From: Marsupella aquatica | Lineage: Eukaryota > Plantae > Marchantiophyta | Assembly: GCA_973895155.1 (NCBI GenBank) | Contig: OZ316895.1 | Location: 15,258,816 to 15,322,815 of the forward strand | Length of the DNA stretch: 64,000 nucleotides | Direction of reading: 5' to 3' | Notes under the pieces: model-generated | Databases searched by the model: none | What the model saw: the letters and a program-made list of their open reading frames with translations, nothing else | Told to the model about the DNA's origin: nothing | Made by a program: the position numbers and the translations under genes | In this document: positions 38,001 through 48,800 of the stretch, piece by piece | Numbering within the stretch: position 1 is the first letter of the stretch | How the letters are laid out: each line of letters opens with the position of its first letter

Positions 38001-38688
38001 TGACCATAATTTACTAGAGGGTCAGCCCAAAAAATCTCAGATAATAAAAGAGACTGATGGTGACCATGGTAAAAAGCTACACAAAACTGTCCATTCAGAT
38101 GAGTTGACTAGTCAAGAAGGACATAATTTTGGTTGTGGGCCGACCCAAGCAAGGATTGAGAATAGCTGCACCAAAGCTAAGCAACTTCTGTCTTACAACT
38201 TTGACCCACCAAAGAAAAGAAGTGGCATGGAGCCACAAAAAAAGAAGGCAAAGAAGAGTGAGAATATGTGCTTTGTTCCACCCAATATGCCTCCTTCTTG
38301 TGCTGGCACAAAATTGGATTTTCCTGGGAGACTTATGTTAAGCTCTTGTAGTATCAAAGACAAAGCAGCTGAGTGTTTCAATCACCATGGAAAAAAAGAA
38401 AGGGTTCTTGAACTTCCAAATAAAGACTCAAAAAGTCATATGGAGAAGAGAAGGTCAGAGGTCAAAATTATCAAAGGCAGAATTGAGTCTGAATCTGACA
38501 AACCCAGGATAAAAGCAAGATTTAGATTTAAAGGACTTCTAGATGAAAAGGCTCAAAATCAGCTTCTTGGGAAATTGAAAGAATTAGAACTTCAAGATTT
38601 ACAAACCAAACTTGCTGACAAAAAGAAATTGCTCGAGAAGTTGGAGAAATCAGAAACATCTACATCAAGGGATCATAAGTCTCTTTAG
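35047..38688 (+). CDS. Uncharacterised ~1200-aa protein: Cys-rich basic N-terminus, central E/K/L coiled coil with tandem repeats, charged disordered C-terminus; possibly the terminal exon of the tetraspanin gene
   Basis: Uninterrupted 3.6-kb ORF in AT-rich DNA, far beyond chance length. ATGs at 35047 and 35089, the second directly after TGCAG. Repeats EQLERKKEEFIMEKKHLEMLRE. No recognised domain. Confidence 0.8.
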   Translation: MHCGTLCGHFDEVQMQKKGLEDIKQVQRAHYPRCSCGSCWQACLECCCLHCSREVVQEVEDISSPKNCCVKRKAPLPLQDEEFVFPGTEKTSWCCQKRRKRKRELACNEPERIDLDDYDPTLVFEKKKAVEDHDQVAYRRADDITLLDYLQAGWPVQEEAQQGSKCFLFFCCKKKKLDTKQKGKAKSSCCTSPCGNKKKGVDLDNFKKIDNSLALASAKQKGKSCCRSPCGDRKQEVEVKNVEKTDKVITIGGASSGTLVWDKPPPITQQDLSNNFKDKPDATVMKKNSTQIHDNVLFNQESTVATPLATLPPALQLKSPEVEGAKKTGQLPQGWSWLMENSNSTNTPTNVDKKPDVQTRFVHIIPEIVDTRFQLKSYDDMDISEKKEKNFPRKLKYKEREDHVETSLVQFAKPEIVDKRFQLKSKDDAFQKKEEKFQIIEEDVERLGVLHNKLGILQQQLLQKEQILVLEDKLKEQEHLQRRKEELALEKEQLEILREKTRGRGHLERNNEDTALEKEHLAILREVMNEKEQLERKKEEFIMEKKHLEMLREEQLERKKEEFITEKKHLEMLREEQLERKKEELIMEKKHVEMLREKISQQEKEDLNLEKQQMELLQRQLSLEEKGKLKMREQEIAMEKEKLEILREKLTGKEKVQLEIKKDELSLQLEKSNEELAREGQKLQVMRESLNSEEKAQIEKSKVKLTFERKQLEELKEKLNFKEKDELKKKKEMLDNVLMQLEMLSKNLSSKEMVLLDRKREVLSRERDPFELLLRSNFSDKEREKFGKNKVEDHLKGLVKDTADYNGSKGDQKSKDDRKNPTIPPLLTFTETTSLGNNEDKKARKEWGHQSSSYKKSEVTNCIGSFIGSSSISGNCGRALKSTWPPRIGNQEPPEELVEIENKRQGGIMELTMMEKKGQPGRVEKRYKGKQRMDDHGTQKEFADCFKKLKEGAHNKLDKKNDHVSKFPKGGDDDKKRPRPSHEYDDHNLLEGQPKKSQIIKETDGDHGKKLHKTVHSDELTSQEGHNFGCGPTQARIENSCTKAKQLLSYNFDPPKKRSGMEPQKKKAKKSENMCFVPPNMPPSCAGTKLDFPGRLMLSSCSIKDKAAECFNHHGKKERVLELPNKDSKSHMEKRRSEVKIIKGRIESESDKPRIKARFRFKGLLDEKAQNQLLGKLKELELQDLQTKLADKKKLLEKLEKSETSTSRDHKSL
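36640..36836 (+). repeat. Coding 60-bp tandem repeat (3 copies, 20-aa unit) in the coiled-coil ORF
   Basis: GA(A/G)CAACTTGAG(C/A)GGAAGAAAGAAGAATT...GAAAAGAAACAC(C/G)T(T/C)GAAATGCT(T/C)CGAGAG repeated three times. Confidence 0.9.
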
Positions 38689-39899
38689 ATAATGGAGTAT
38701 CATCTGATATGACGGATTACCTTGAAGGTTTGCTACTGAGCTCTGGCCATTGATCAGCCTCCCTAGCAAATCAGCCACTGATCACCACAAAGGTTTCACA
38801 GAATGACATGTATATGCAGTCTATTGAGCAACAAGGTATGATGATTTCATGATTTTCCAACTCCTGCTCTAATATTTAGATTTGAAATACTGATGGTTCC
38901 TAGAGTGGAAGTAATTCACATGTAAACTAAGCGAGAAACAATTCCACTTGGAAAATTCAAGTTTATGACCTACATTATATGCTCCCAAGGGAAGTGACAA
39001 TAATAAATTGAGGCCTAATGTCTTGTACAGTTTGTTCCTGCAATCTAGCTTATGGAGGATCCATGTTGGCGACATAAGCACTTCAATTTGTCAATCTAAA
39101 GGTAACATATATATATATTTGCTCTAAATGACAGATCTTTTGAAAAGATAGAGCTTCATAATTGTATCTCTTTATGCATTGGGTAAAAGTAAACTAGGAG
39201 GGTTCTAACTTTAAAGCTTGGTCCAAGGACTTCGTAAAACAGGAATCAAGATTTTTTAACTTGGGCAAGAAAAGACTTTCAAGGTCTTGTCAAGCTAGAG
39301 TGAGTTTTAAGGTGAGCTATCAATGGAATGTAACCGACACTCATCCTGGTTACGAGACAATTAACTTTAAAAGCGCCCCAAGTATTTCTCTTCAAGAAGT
39401 TATACATGTACAGGATTGTACTCAGGCCAGTGGCATTGGCCACGTACTAGAGGGCTCCCTATTAAATCAGGACTTCAGTTAATCTATATAACAACTTTCC
39501 AAAATTTGAATCAAGGGAAATAATGGTGCTTTACAATTTAAGAAATAATAATGATATACCGTGTCTAACACCAATTGTTTTACACTTCGGGGTCATCCTA
39601 TGCGATCTGGTTGGAAAACTTGTTGCAAACATAAAAAAGTTTATTTATGGTGTCATATTTACACCAACATGGAGACTTTATGTGTTTACTGAAACTTTTT
39701 CATTGATAGGCTTGATTAAGAGTTCTTCCAAATGATATCTTCAATGTTCTTGTAATTTTGCAGTTTCCAAGGATTGCAACTTTTGCTTAGACACTTGTGA
39801 AATGGCCTATCAGTGGCAACATTTCTCCCAAATATCCACATCATTTATCTCATAAGGGGTTGTCCGGTAAGCTTGCAGACTTAAAACAAATACAAGGCA

Positions 39900-41780
39900 A
39901 TATTCTCCTCATGTGTAAAATATACAAAGTTGGTAAAACCAAACACTAACACTTGTTGTCATGAATTCAGAAGGTTGGCAACATCTTCAACCAGCTCCAT
40001 GTTGGTGTTGTCAACTCTGGTGTGATCAGTATTGGATGAATGGTCCATTGAATTGGGCAGCAGTGGACTTGTTTAATGAGTTGAGCCAGGTTTCTTGTAC
40101 ATAGTGGATGACTTCATGCCCAGAGTCTAATATCCTAAATGATGTTCTGACCAAGCTATCCAACAAGATGAGCTTTTCTTCTTGCATCCTCTAATCATTA
40201 CCATTTATAAGAAAAGGCAAGAGCAAAGTTGATTGGGACAGTCTTTATAAGATACCTCCCATGGGGCTTGAATAATGACAAAAATGACCACTGTCGTATC
40301 ATTTTCCAAAGTTTTCGAAAGAAGTCCTCTCTTTCAGGATGCTCAGACAGCCATGGGATCAATGTCAATCATTGCTTAACTTTATGATGTCAGTTTTAAG
40401 GAAGTTTTTATTGGGTTTAGAAAAAGGTTTAGAAGGAAGCCCTCAATAATTTGTAAAGTCTCACAAGATTTCATGTCAAGAATGAAGATGATTCAGTTTC
40501 CCACTCCAAAGGTTCTTTTTAGATCTGTGTTATGAAGGCGCATCCTCTTGTCCTTCTTTACATCAGAAAAACAAACCATGCGCCTCCTCATGCTTGGATT
40601 TTGTGTCCTAAACTGTATAGACCTATCTGTAATCTTGTGACATTTGTATGTGTTGGTGCCTCTCTTGAAAAACGTTTTTACATCAAGGCTGCAAAAAAGG
40701 GTTCATGATGCAAATCTTTTGTTTGTGTTGCTTTTGTCACACAGTGCCACTTTTTGTCAAGAAAGAGTCACCAGTCATGCCTGGTGAAGCGAGTTTACAA
40801 ATAGGTTATATTTTGAAACATTTCTGTAAAACTTGCACCAAAACAGTCACTACCTTGCGGATAGGTCTATTGTGGTTCAAACATTCCAACCTTTGGCTCC
40901 TTCATTTAATTAAGTGATTTGTATTTATTCAATTTCATTTCATGCTTTTTTGTCCTTGAGTCTTTCTGGGTTTGAGTCTATCCTTAACACAAGAAGTGGC
41001 CTAAGCCCAAGTTTTTGAGGGACTCTTAGTGCCCATAATGCTCTGGTGACAGACCTCTATACACTTGGTCTAGTATATTTTTGATTTTTTCTAATTTTAG
41101 TAAAAGTACAGAACAATTTTGCTATTGGGCTGATCCAAATTTTGGAACATTATGCTTGGATGGACCAAGGGGTTTGTTATTCCCATCCCAGTGGACTGAG
41201 TAAATTCATCAGTCAATTTACAGCAGGAAAGAAGTGACTGATTGCATTTGGAAAGACTTTTCAGTTTTGTTAAGGTCGTTTCAAATAGTTTTTCTAGGAA
41301 CCAGCACCAACTGTAAACTGTTAATTTTTGGTAAACTGAGTGCATTCATCTGGACAACTTTTGGATGTTTGTTAAACCTCAATTTTTTTCAGCATGTTCT
41401 CTGATGCCCTATCTATCATCTCACAAAGTTTGAGATGTTTCTGAGGTTATTTGCTCCATTTCAAAGAGTGCGAACATGACTAACTGTTATGAACAAATTG
41501 CCAGCGAATGCTTCACTTTTGTGAGGAACTGTCTGAATAGTTCAGGCACTACCCACAAGTGACCACTTTTGGGAAGGACACCTTGAGTAATTTGGGTATG
41601 AAGAGCTACTTACCACTGAGTATTCTTTATGACCGGATGCCATCTTCTGTAATTTCCAAGCTTAGAGTCTCAAACGTCAGGGTCAGCAACTGATTCCGAG
41701 GAAAAAGGTGGCGGACATGAACATCCGTGTCCACACACTTCTGAACTGTGACTGAAACTGATAGTTCTGGGCATCAGTTT
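39900..41780 (-). mobile_element. Possible highly decayed DNA-transposon relic
   Basis: Stop- and frameshift-riddled protein-like fragments on the minus strand (e.g. EEKLILLDSL, reminiscent of Ulp1-like peptidases carried by MULE/CACTA elements). No intact ORF or TIR seen. Confidence 0.2.
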
Positions 41781-41970
41781 TTTCCCCCGCAACTCCAAGG
41801 TTTGGGACTCCCTATTATAGTCCAAATTTGTTTTTGTCCATTACCTTCATTACTAAGGTACATCAAATTTGAGGCTTTGAGACCACTAATAAGAACAAGA
41901 AGTGGCACTCTACTATAGTTTTGCATTAGTGAAGAAAAATCAGAAGGGGCCCAACGTCTTACAAATCCAC

Positions 41971-42067
41971 CCATAGGAACAGGAAACAGAGTGTCCATAG
42001 GAACAAGAAACAGCGTGTCCATAGGAACAGGAAAACAGAGTGTCCATAGGAACAGGAAACAGAGTGT
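41971..42067. repeat. 24-bp tandem repeat, 4 copies
   Basis: CCATAGGAACAGGAAACAGAGTGT at 41971, 41995, 42019 (+1 A) and 42044. Confidence 0.92.
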
Positions 42068-42235
42068 GAGCCCTCTTTCGTGTGTCTCGTCCGTTCAAAT
42101 CAAATCCTGAGCTCGATCGAGCGATGAGTCGAGTCGAATTCGCGTCCACCAAAGAAACACTCGCTTCCACCGAATTTACCCTCGTGCATGCGAAGTGATC
42201 GATCACGAAACGAAGCGAAGGGAAGCGTGGCTATC

Positions 42236-43110
42236 ATGACGACAGAAGCACCGTCGGCCACAATCGTCTACACCCCGTCGGATGCGGAGAATTCATTCAT
42301 CAATTTGGATATCGGCTCAGTAGCCAACCCCAGCCCGAAGACGAAGCCGCAGTCGAGCTTCTGGTCTAAGGTCTCTAAAGGTACGCTCCCAGTGTGGAGT
42401 TTGGACGGCAATGCCTGCCAGTGGAATGGATGGTGCTACGTTTTTTAATTTTTCATATCGTTTCTGCCTTCTTCTCCGAGGTAGAGCACGTTTTTCTGGT
42501 GGACTGGTGTTTAGTTGCTCCTGTAGTTTAGGTATTTTTTGTTGATTGTGTGAGTGGAGCCCCGAAAGAGTGGACCTGGTTTCTGGCAGATGTTCTTTCG
42601 TCTCCCGTGCGCGAGAAAGTTTCCTCCGTCGGACACTGCGACGGCAAACACATCAGTGACTTCAGCTGAACTCAATACATTCTCTTGTCGGACTGATTTT
42701 GCAGCTGCGACGGTAGTGGAAGAGCAATTGGCGGAATGGTTTGGACTCAACGATTCTAAGTATCAGTGGGCTGTTGACGAGGCCATGAATCGACAGTTGG
42801 TGTGTCCCTGACCATCCATCAACTCGTAGGATTATTATTTCACTTTTGTGTTTGCCCGCATTTCAGCTTTTTGAGATGATCGCAATGCTATTCTGGAGCA
42901 AAAAGAGTGGATTTGAACGGTGTCAGCTATGCTCCTGTCCTTAGGCGTTTTTCCTAAATTCACTCATGACATGTAGTTTGCTTATGTCGCCTATGTGCCC
43001 ATCCATCTCAGGCAGGAGAATCGCAAGTGAAACCAGCGCCATCTGAATCTCTGAGTAAAGTGCAAACGGAACCAACGTCTGAGCAAGCTATGCATGTGAT
43101 GTCCGTCTAA
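42236..43110 (+). CDS. Small 3-exon protein (112 aa), FAM177-like
   Basis: Exons 42236-42380, 42705-42799, 43012-43110 (GT-AG, 339 nt, in frame). Core EEQLAEWFGLNDSKYQWAVDEA resembles the FAM177 motif GEkLAxxxGxxxxKYQyAiDEy (recalled). An alternative in-frame ATG lies at 42188. Confidence 0.7.
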
Positions 43111-43643
43111 TTTCTCGGAGGGCTGTCGAATTAGATATCCTTGAGGGCAACGTTTATATTTATTATTGTTGGATTTAGTCTGACGAGATTTCTATTTGTT
43201 GGGACATGAATGGGGAATGTTCCTTGTTCTTCCCGTTCAATTATCTCGGCATCTCTAGAACTCGAGTTTTAGTTTTAGACTATAAAAAATGTTAGGCTAG
43301 GATTCCCGTCTGATTAGAAGTGGCAGTCGTAAGATTTGTGTGACTGTACCTCCCTCATCTGACTTGAAGGCGGATCGGGCGAACTCAGCCTGCCTGGGAA
43401 AGATGAAAGACAACACAATGAACATGGGTTGACCTCAGATCTTAAGTGTACCCAATCGAATATCCTTGCAGAATGTTTGACCAACTACGATCCAGAAACG
43501 AGGATGGACGTTTGCGGTTTACGGACGAGGGCGATGGCCATGAGCTGGAGCTGCAAATTACGTGTAATATGACTGTTATTTATCCGCAATATGGTTCTGA
43601 GTAATCCCCTTCAGTGATAACTACGGCTTCCGAGCTAAGTGCA

Positions 43644-44849
43644 ATGCAGGCAATCACATGCCTGTCTCGGGGCTCACAGCATTTGCATCCGCAGCATCAG
43701 CATCAGCTGGTGTCCACCGCCAGCTTGTGGGATAGTTCGCGTCTTCTTGCCACGAAGAAGTGTCAACTGGGGGCCAAGCATTGCTTTGTGAGCAGACCGA
43801 TCGAGGAAAGGAAACAGTCAGCTTATGCACAGCAGTTTTTTCTCCGCGCTAGTAGAAAAAGCGAAACTGTAGTTTGTTCTGAATTGCCAACGTTCAGCCA
43901 TGCGGAATTCGAAAACTTCCTCTTGAGCATGCAGAGCACCATATGTGCCACGGCTGCGGAAGCTGACGGAATCGGCAGAAACTTTGGCGAAGATCGCTGG
44001 CAAAGAAGTGAAGACCCAAGTGCTGGATATGGTATCACGAGAGTGCTGGAGGACGGTGATCTACTTGAGAAAGCAGCAGTGAACGTCTCAATAGTAAGAG
44101 GCCAGCTCACCGAATCAAGGGCCAAGGCGATGAGTGCCAGGGGCAGGAATGTGGGTAGTGGAGCTCAGTATTTTGCTGGTGCTTTGTCGTTGGTGTTCCA
44201 TTCGCGTTCCCCATATGTGCCAACTTTCCGTTCCGATGTTCGCTACTTCGAGGTGGAGGGAGGTGGTGGTTGGTTTGGCGGCGGTGCTGACTTGACACCC
44301 TCTTATCTCTTTGAAGATGATGCGAGGTTCTTCCATAACCACTACAAAAACATATGCAATGAGTTTGATCCTACACAGAAATTATACTCGGAGAGTAAGG
44401 AAGCTTGTGATTCCTATTTCTACATTCCTGCAAGAAAAGAACATCGTGGAATTGGAGGCATATTCTTTGATGACCTTGAGAAGGTGGGGCTCCCTTCTTC
44501 CCGCGAGGAGGAGAACAGGGCAAGGGTGTTCAGCTTTGTTAAGGCAGTGGCAGAAGGCTTCATGCCAAGTTTCTTGAGCATTGCCCAGTTACGTAGAATT
44601 TTGCCATATGGAGACCGAGAACGGCAGTGGCAGCTCATTCGGCGGGGGAGATACTTAGAATTCAACCTTCTCTACGATAGAGGTGTCAGGTTCGGCCTGG
44701 AGGGAGGGAGGATGGAGTCCATAATGGTATCGGCACCTCCATTAATTGCTTGGAGATACAATTTTACTACAGAAGCAGATACACCCGAAGCAAAGTTGCT
44801 TGAGGTCCTCAGGAAACCTAAGGCGTGGGTAGATGAAGGTACAGCATAA
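43644..44849 (+). CDS. hemF: Oxygen-dependent coproporphyrinogen III oxidase (HemF/CPX), intronless, with organelle transit peptide
   Basis: Motifs LEKAAVNVS, WFGGGADLTPSY, CDSYFYIPARKEHRGIGGIFFDDL, WQLIRRGRYLEFNLLYDRGVRFGL. The N-terminal ~80 aa are presequence-like. First ATG at 43644. Confidence 0.95.
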   Translation: MQAITCLSRGSQHLHPQHQHQLVSTASLWDSSRLLATKKCQLGAKHCFVSRPIEERKQSAYAQQFFLRASRKSETVVCSELPTFSHAEFENFLLSMQSTICATAAEADGIGRNFGEDRWQRSEDPSAGYGITRVLEDGDLLEKAAVNVSIVRGQLTESRAKAMSARGRNVGSGAQYFAGALSLVFHSRSPYVPTFRSDVRYFEVEGGGGWFGGGADLTPSYLFEDDARFFHNHYKNICNEFDPTQKLYSESKEACDSYFYIPARKEHRGIGGIFFDDLEKVGLPSSREEENRARVFSFVKAVAEGFMPSFLSIAQLRRILPYGDRERQWQLIRRGRYLEFNLLYDRGVRFGLEGGRMESIMVSAPPLIAWRYNFTTEADTPEAKLLEVLRKPKAWVDEGTA

Positions 44850-45408
44850 CTCCTGTCCCTTTGCCAGAGCACGGAGGACTTCCGACTTTCCACTCTAATT
44901 AGGAATTTTCGTTTCAAAATTTCTGAAGTTTTGTGCCATTAGTTTCCGGGCTCTATATTGAGAACTAGGGTTGTGAGTTACAAGAAGCGGACGAAGCGGC
45001 TGGTTTTTGCCTGAGATATCGAAGTCTATGAACTTACCAACTATTTTACTCAGTCGGCTTGTGAATTCTGATCCTAGCTAGGCTTGGCAACACGAGAGAG
45101 AGGTATGTGTTGAATCACAAGCTCAAGTTAACAATAGACGGTGGAGAAACCTTCCTTTCTTGTTACCCAAATATGGTACACATTTGGACCTCACAGTTTG
45201 CACCTCAGTTTGCACAGAGCGCTTTTGAAATAAGCTATGGGAAAAATGATATTGAGTCTTGGCCTTTTGCATCTCATCTGAGAGAATTGCCCTCTTGTTT
45301 CCCTCAGCCCCCTACTCTGGTCATGTCGTAAGTGGCTATCATGAAATCTGTTTTAATCTGAGATCCTGACCTGTGGTTTCTCTGAAATCAGTTTGTATAT
45401 AATCCTGT

Positions 45409-45575
45409 TTCTAGTACCCTTTCATCATCTATGGCATCAGTGCTAACAATAGTCATGATCACCTTTGAGAACAATAACACTTTTGACTGTTGTGGATAGT
45501 GTACTTCCAGTGTTCTAGACCCTTTCATCATCTGTGGCATCAGTGCTACCAAGATTTATGATCAATTTGAGAACA
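45409..45575. repeat. Imperfect ~62-bp direct repeat between the convergent hemF and EBM 3' ends
   Basis: TTCTAG(T)ACCCTTTCATCATCT(A/G)TGGCATCAGTGCTA...TTTGAGAACAA at ~45409 and ~45513. Confidence 0.75.
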
Positions 45576-45802
45576 AACAGAAACCACAACACGGTTGCAA
45601 CTTAGAAAATTGCTTACGTAAAACCTTCTTGAAAGTAAAAGTCCACGATTGACAAGCCGAGAAACGCAATAGCAATCTTATGGACAAGGCAGACTATCCA
45701 TGTATTTGATGAGAAGACTTAACAACTTCTTTAATGTCTTATCTCTACACATGATTCCTTTGCGCAGATTTACGTAGCCAACTTGTGAGGCCGAGAATAC
45801 AT

Positions 45803-48800
45803 CTAGAAAGTTGCTGGTTGTACTGGTTGATATGGGACTTGAACCTCATCTATATTCCACCCCTGGAGTATGACTTTCGGCACGACGCCTTTGTCAATCT
45901 TAAATGAAATCTGTATGCCCATAACTTCCCCAGGGACTAGAGAAAAGAAATTGTTTGAGTAATTCACAGGAAGAATTCTATTATCTTCTGTTACGCCATG
46001 TCCTTCGTTAAGTACAGAGAAATGTAACCAAAATGCAACTCGAGACGCTGGATCGTTGAATCTTTTTCCGCCCCTCGAATTACTTACGAGACTCGCCTCA
46101 TTAGATATGTTTGTTACCTGTGCAGCAATTTGCAGCAAGTCCCCTTCTCGAGTTGATACAGCAGAGACTTGCACAGGCACCTTCCTATTCTTAAACTCAC
46201 CTGATAATAAGGAGTAATCTAGTCCTGCCTTCCGAAGCCAGTAGAAGTTTCTTGAAACAAGCTCATCAGCGTTCTTGAAGAGCTTAAGCAGAAGAAAGTA
46301 CGGAGACTTTGCTGAAGTTGAATTTCCGTATGGAATGTGTAGAACTTTTACGGTCTTGTGAGGAGGTAGTAACTGTTGCTTAAACGTTGTCTGATAAGGA
46401 CTGGTCCCATCTGGCTCCCAAACACTGGCTTCAATTTTGACACCTGTGAGCAGTTCACCTGTTGTATTGACAATCTGCAATGCAGTACAAGGACTTAGAG
46501 CTACAGTGGAAAGAACTCAGCACCCAATCCACTAGGTCATCACATAATTTCTATCATGAAACAAACCTTACCAACCTCACCACCCAATCCCTTTCCCACT
46601 TGCCAAATTAGGACTACATTAGCATCTAATCTACAGGCATGTAAACAGCAGTCATTCGGTTGTGTGCCAAGATCTATCTCAGAAACCGGAAGGTAGGTTA
46701 CCTCAACAAAATGAGTTGCTAAGTTGAGCTGAATGTGTACAGGTTCTGCTGCACTCTGGATGCCAAAAAATCCTCCAGTTTGATCAAGAAGAAAATCGTA
46801 AAGCCCACCTCGTAGTCCAGACCACGGATTCTGTGTTTTCCATATAAGAACGCCACTGTACTTCTCCCACATCCGAGAATTCCAGCTTTCTACAAGTGCT
46901 CTGTACTGAATGTAGTTTACAAGCTGAGCCTGCCAATAAATACATGAGGAAGTTAGGAAGAGGAGCCAAATTACTGCTCCAAATGTGTGTGTTACAAAAT
47001 TGCATAACACACCGAACCCGCTTTCCAACGAGTGACCTGAAACCCACATGGCTCCGAGACACAACTTGCCTTGTAACAGAAGTCTTCCGTATCTTTGATT
47101 TTGCCATAAGCAGCAATCTGATGAGGGACGTCGTCACCGCAGTAGTTTTGCCTGCGGGTAAAGCCAAGGAAAAAAGCAGATAAAGTGAGAGACGTGCCTT
47201 CTAACAGAGGTCATGCATGTCCCTGGTTTTGCCTTTAGACTAAGGACAATGTCAAGTGTACGGAATGGTGCATACCCTGAATAAAGAATATATTTATGGT
47301 AGTCCCAGGTTGGATTAGGAATTTCTTCAACACCACCGTCAAGCTCCACAATTTGTGGGAAATCCCAGGCCTCCTTAGGCATTGTAGCCCGAATAGTTGC
47401 AGCACTTGGGACCCCAATGGACCCGATTTCAGGATTGAATGCATAAGCGTAGAAATTGTCATCAAAGAAGTCCTCAGGATTCTGGATGCCATACGGTCCA
47501 TCAGACCAGCCTCCTTGACCATCTGCTAAGCCACTCCACAAGGAACCCTGAATATAAAGCCTCGTACCATCAAGATATTGAGTAACATCCACGCTGCTGT
47601 ACTCCAACTCATCACAAGTATGATGTGGGCTTGACTTATAGGTTGGATTACGGGCAAGCTCCAACGTCAACGCCTCATTGATGTCATCTGCTGGAACCTG
47701 TTCGTTTCCCCCAACCCACAACGCTAGACTGGCATGATTCCGTAAGAGTTTCACAGTGTCCCTGGCACATGTCATGAAGAGTTCATGGTCCAACGGCCAA
47801 CTTTGCTGTGATGGAGGTATACCACGTCCATTGCAGTCTCCTGTTATCCAAAACTCTTGCCAGACCTACAGATACAAGTGCACGAGCACGGCTTCAATGC
47901 AAATGTTATTATAGAATTGGAAATATTTATGAACCTAACAACATAGCAGTAAATTCATGAAACATCGTGCCCCCTTACCAGACATGAACCTCTCGTACCA
48001 TAAAATAGGAGAAAGATTCACGTTACACTTCTCTGGCAGATTTTAAAGGGATGCATAACGATCTACAACCTAGATGCCCCTCTTCGTTCAACTACCTTCA
48101 CTTCTTGGAATATTGTTGCAAAGCTGATGAGTACTACAAATGCAAGTGCACATTCCCACAGTTTTGTATGCGCATACTGGATACCCAAACGTTCATCCAA
48201 CCACACATCGATTTTTGGGCTACCCAGAGTGACTTGAAATTAGTCCGGTCAGAAGTTCTCACCAATAGTCCGCGTTCATCACAGGCGTCATAAAAGTCTG
48301 GTCTTTCTGCAAGAGCACCAGCCCAAATACGGATCATATTCATATTCATATCTGCATGAAATCCGACTTCGGTTTTGTAGCGCTCTTTCGACAAACGCAG
48401 TAATCCATCCGAGAGTATGTAGTTTCCACCACGTATAAATACCGGATGACCATTGACTTCAAACACTCTGTGAATTCCACAGACATTCAGATCAGCAGAT
48501 GCAATCCAGATGCCTCGCTATTCGCGCCAATCATCTTCAACCTTTATTCAAAATGTCAGCTGGCAGACAGTAGTTTGATTCATGAATCCCGAATCCATAA
48601 ATCAACACAAAAAGTGCCCTTCCAGTGGATAAAAATTTATTGCAGCTTAAGAAGTCATTAATGGAAAGAATGTAATGGACAACTCTGCAGCAGAATTTCA
48701 CTCTTAAGAAAGGAAAGTGCAAGCAGTGCTACCTGCCTCCAGTTGAGCTTTCAATGTGTGAGTCAATATGGCGGAATCCAATGCGGTGATTCCATGCATC

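Noticed and set aside
36229-38381. Several minus-strand Ser/Phe/Leu-rich ORFs
   Set aside because: They are antisense shadows of the purine-rich coiled-coil ORF.
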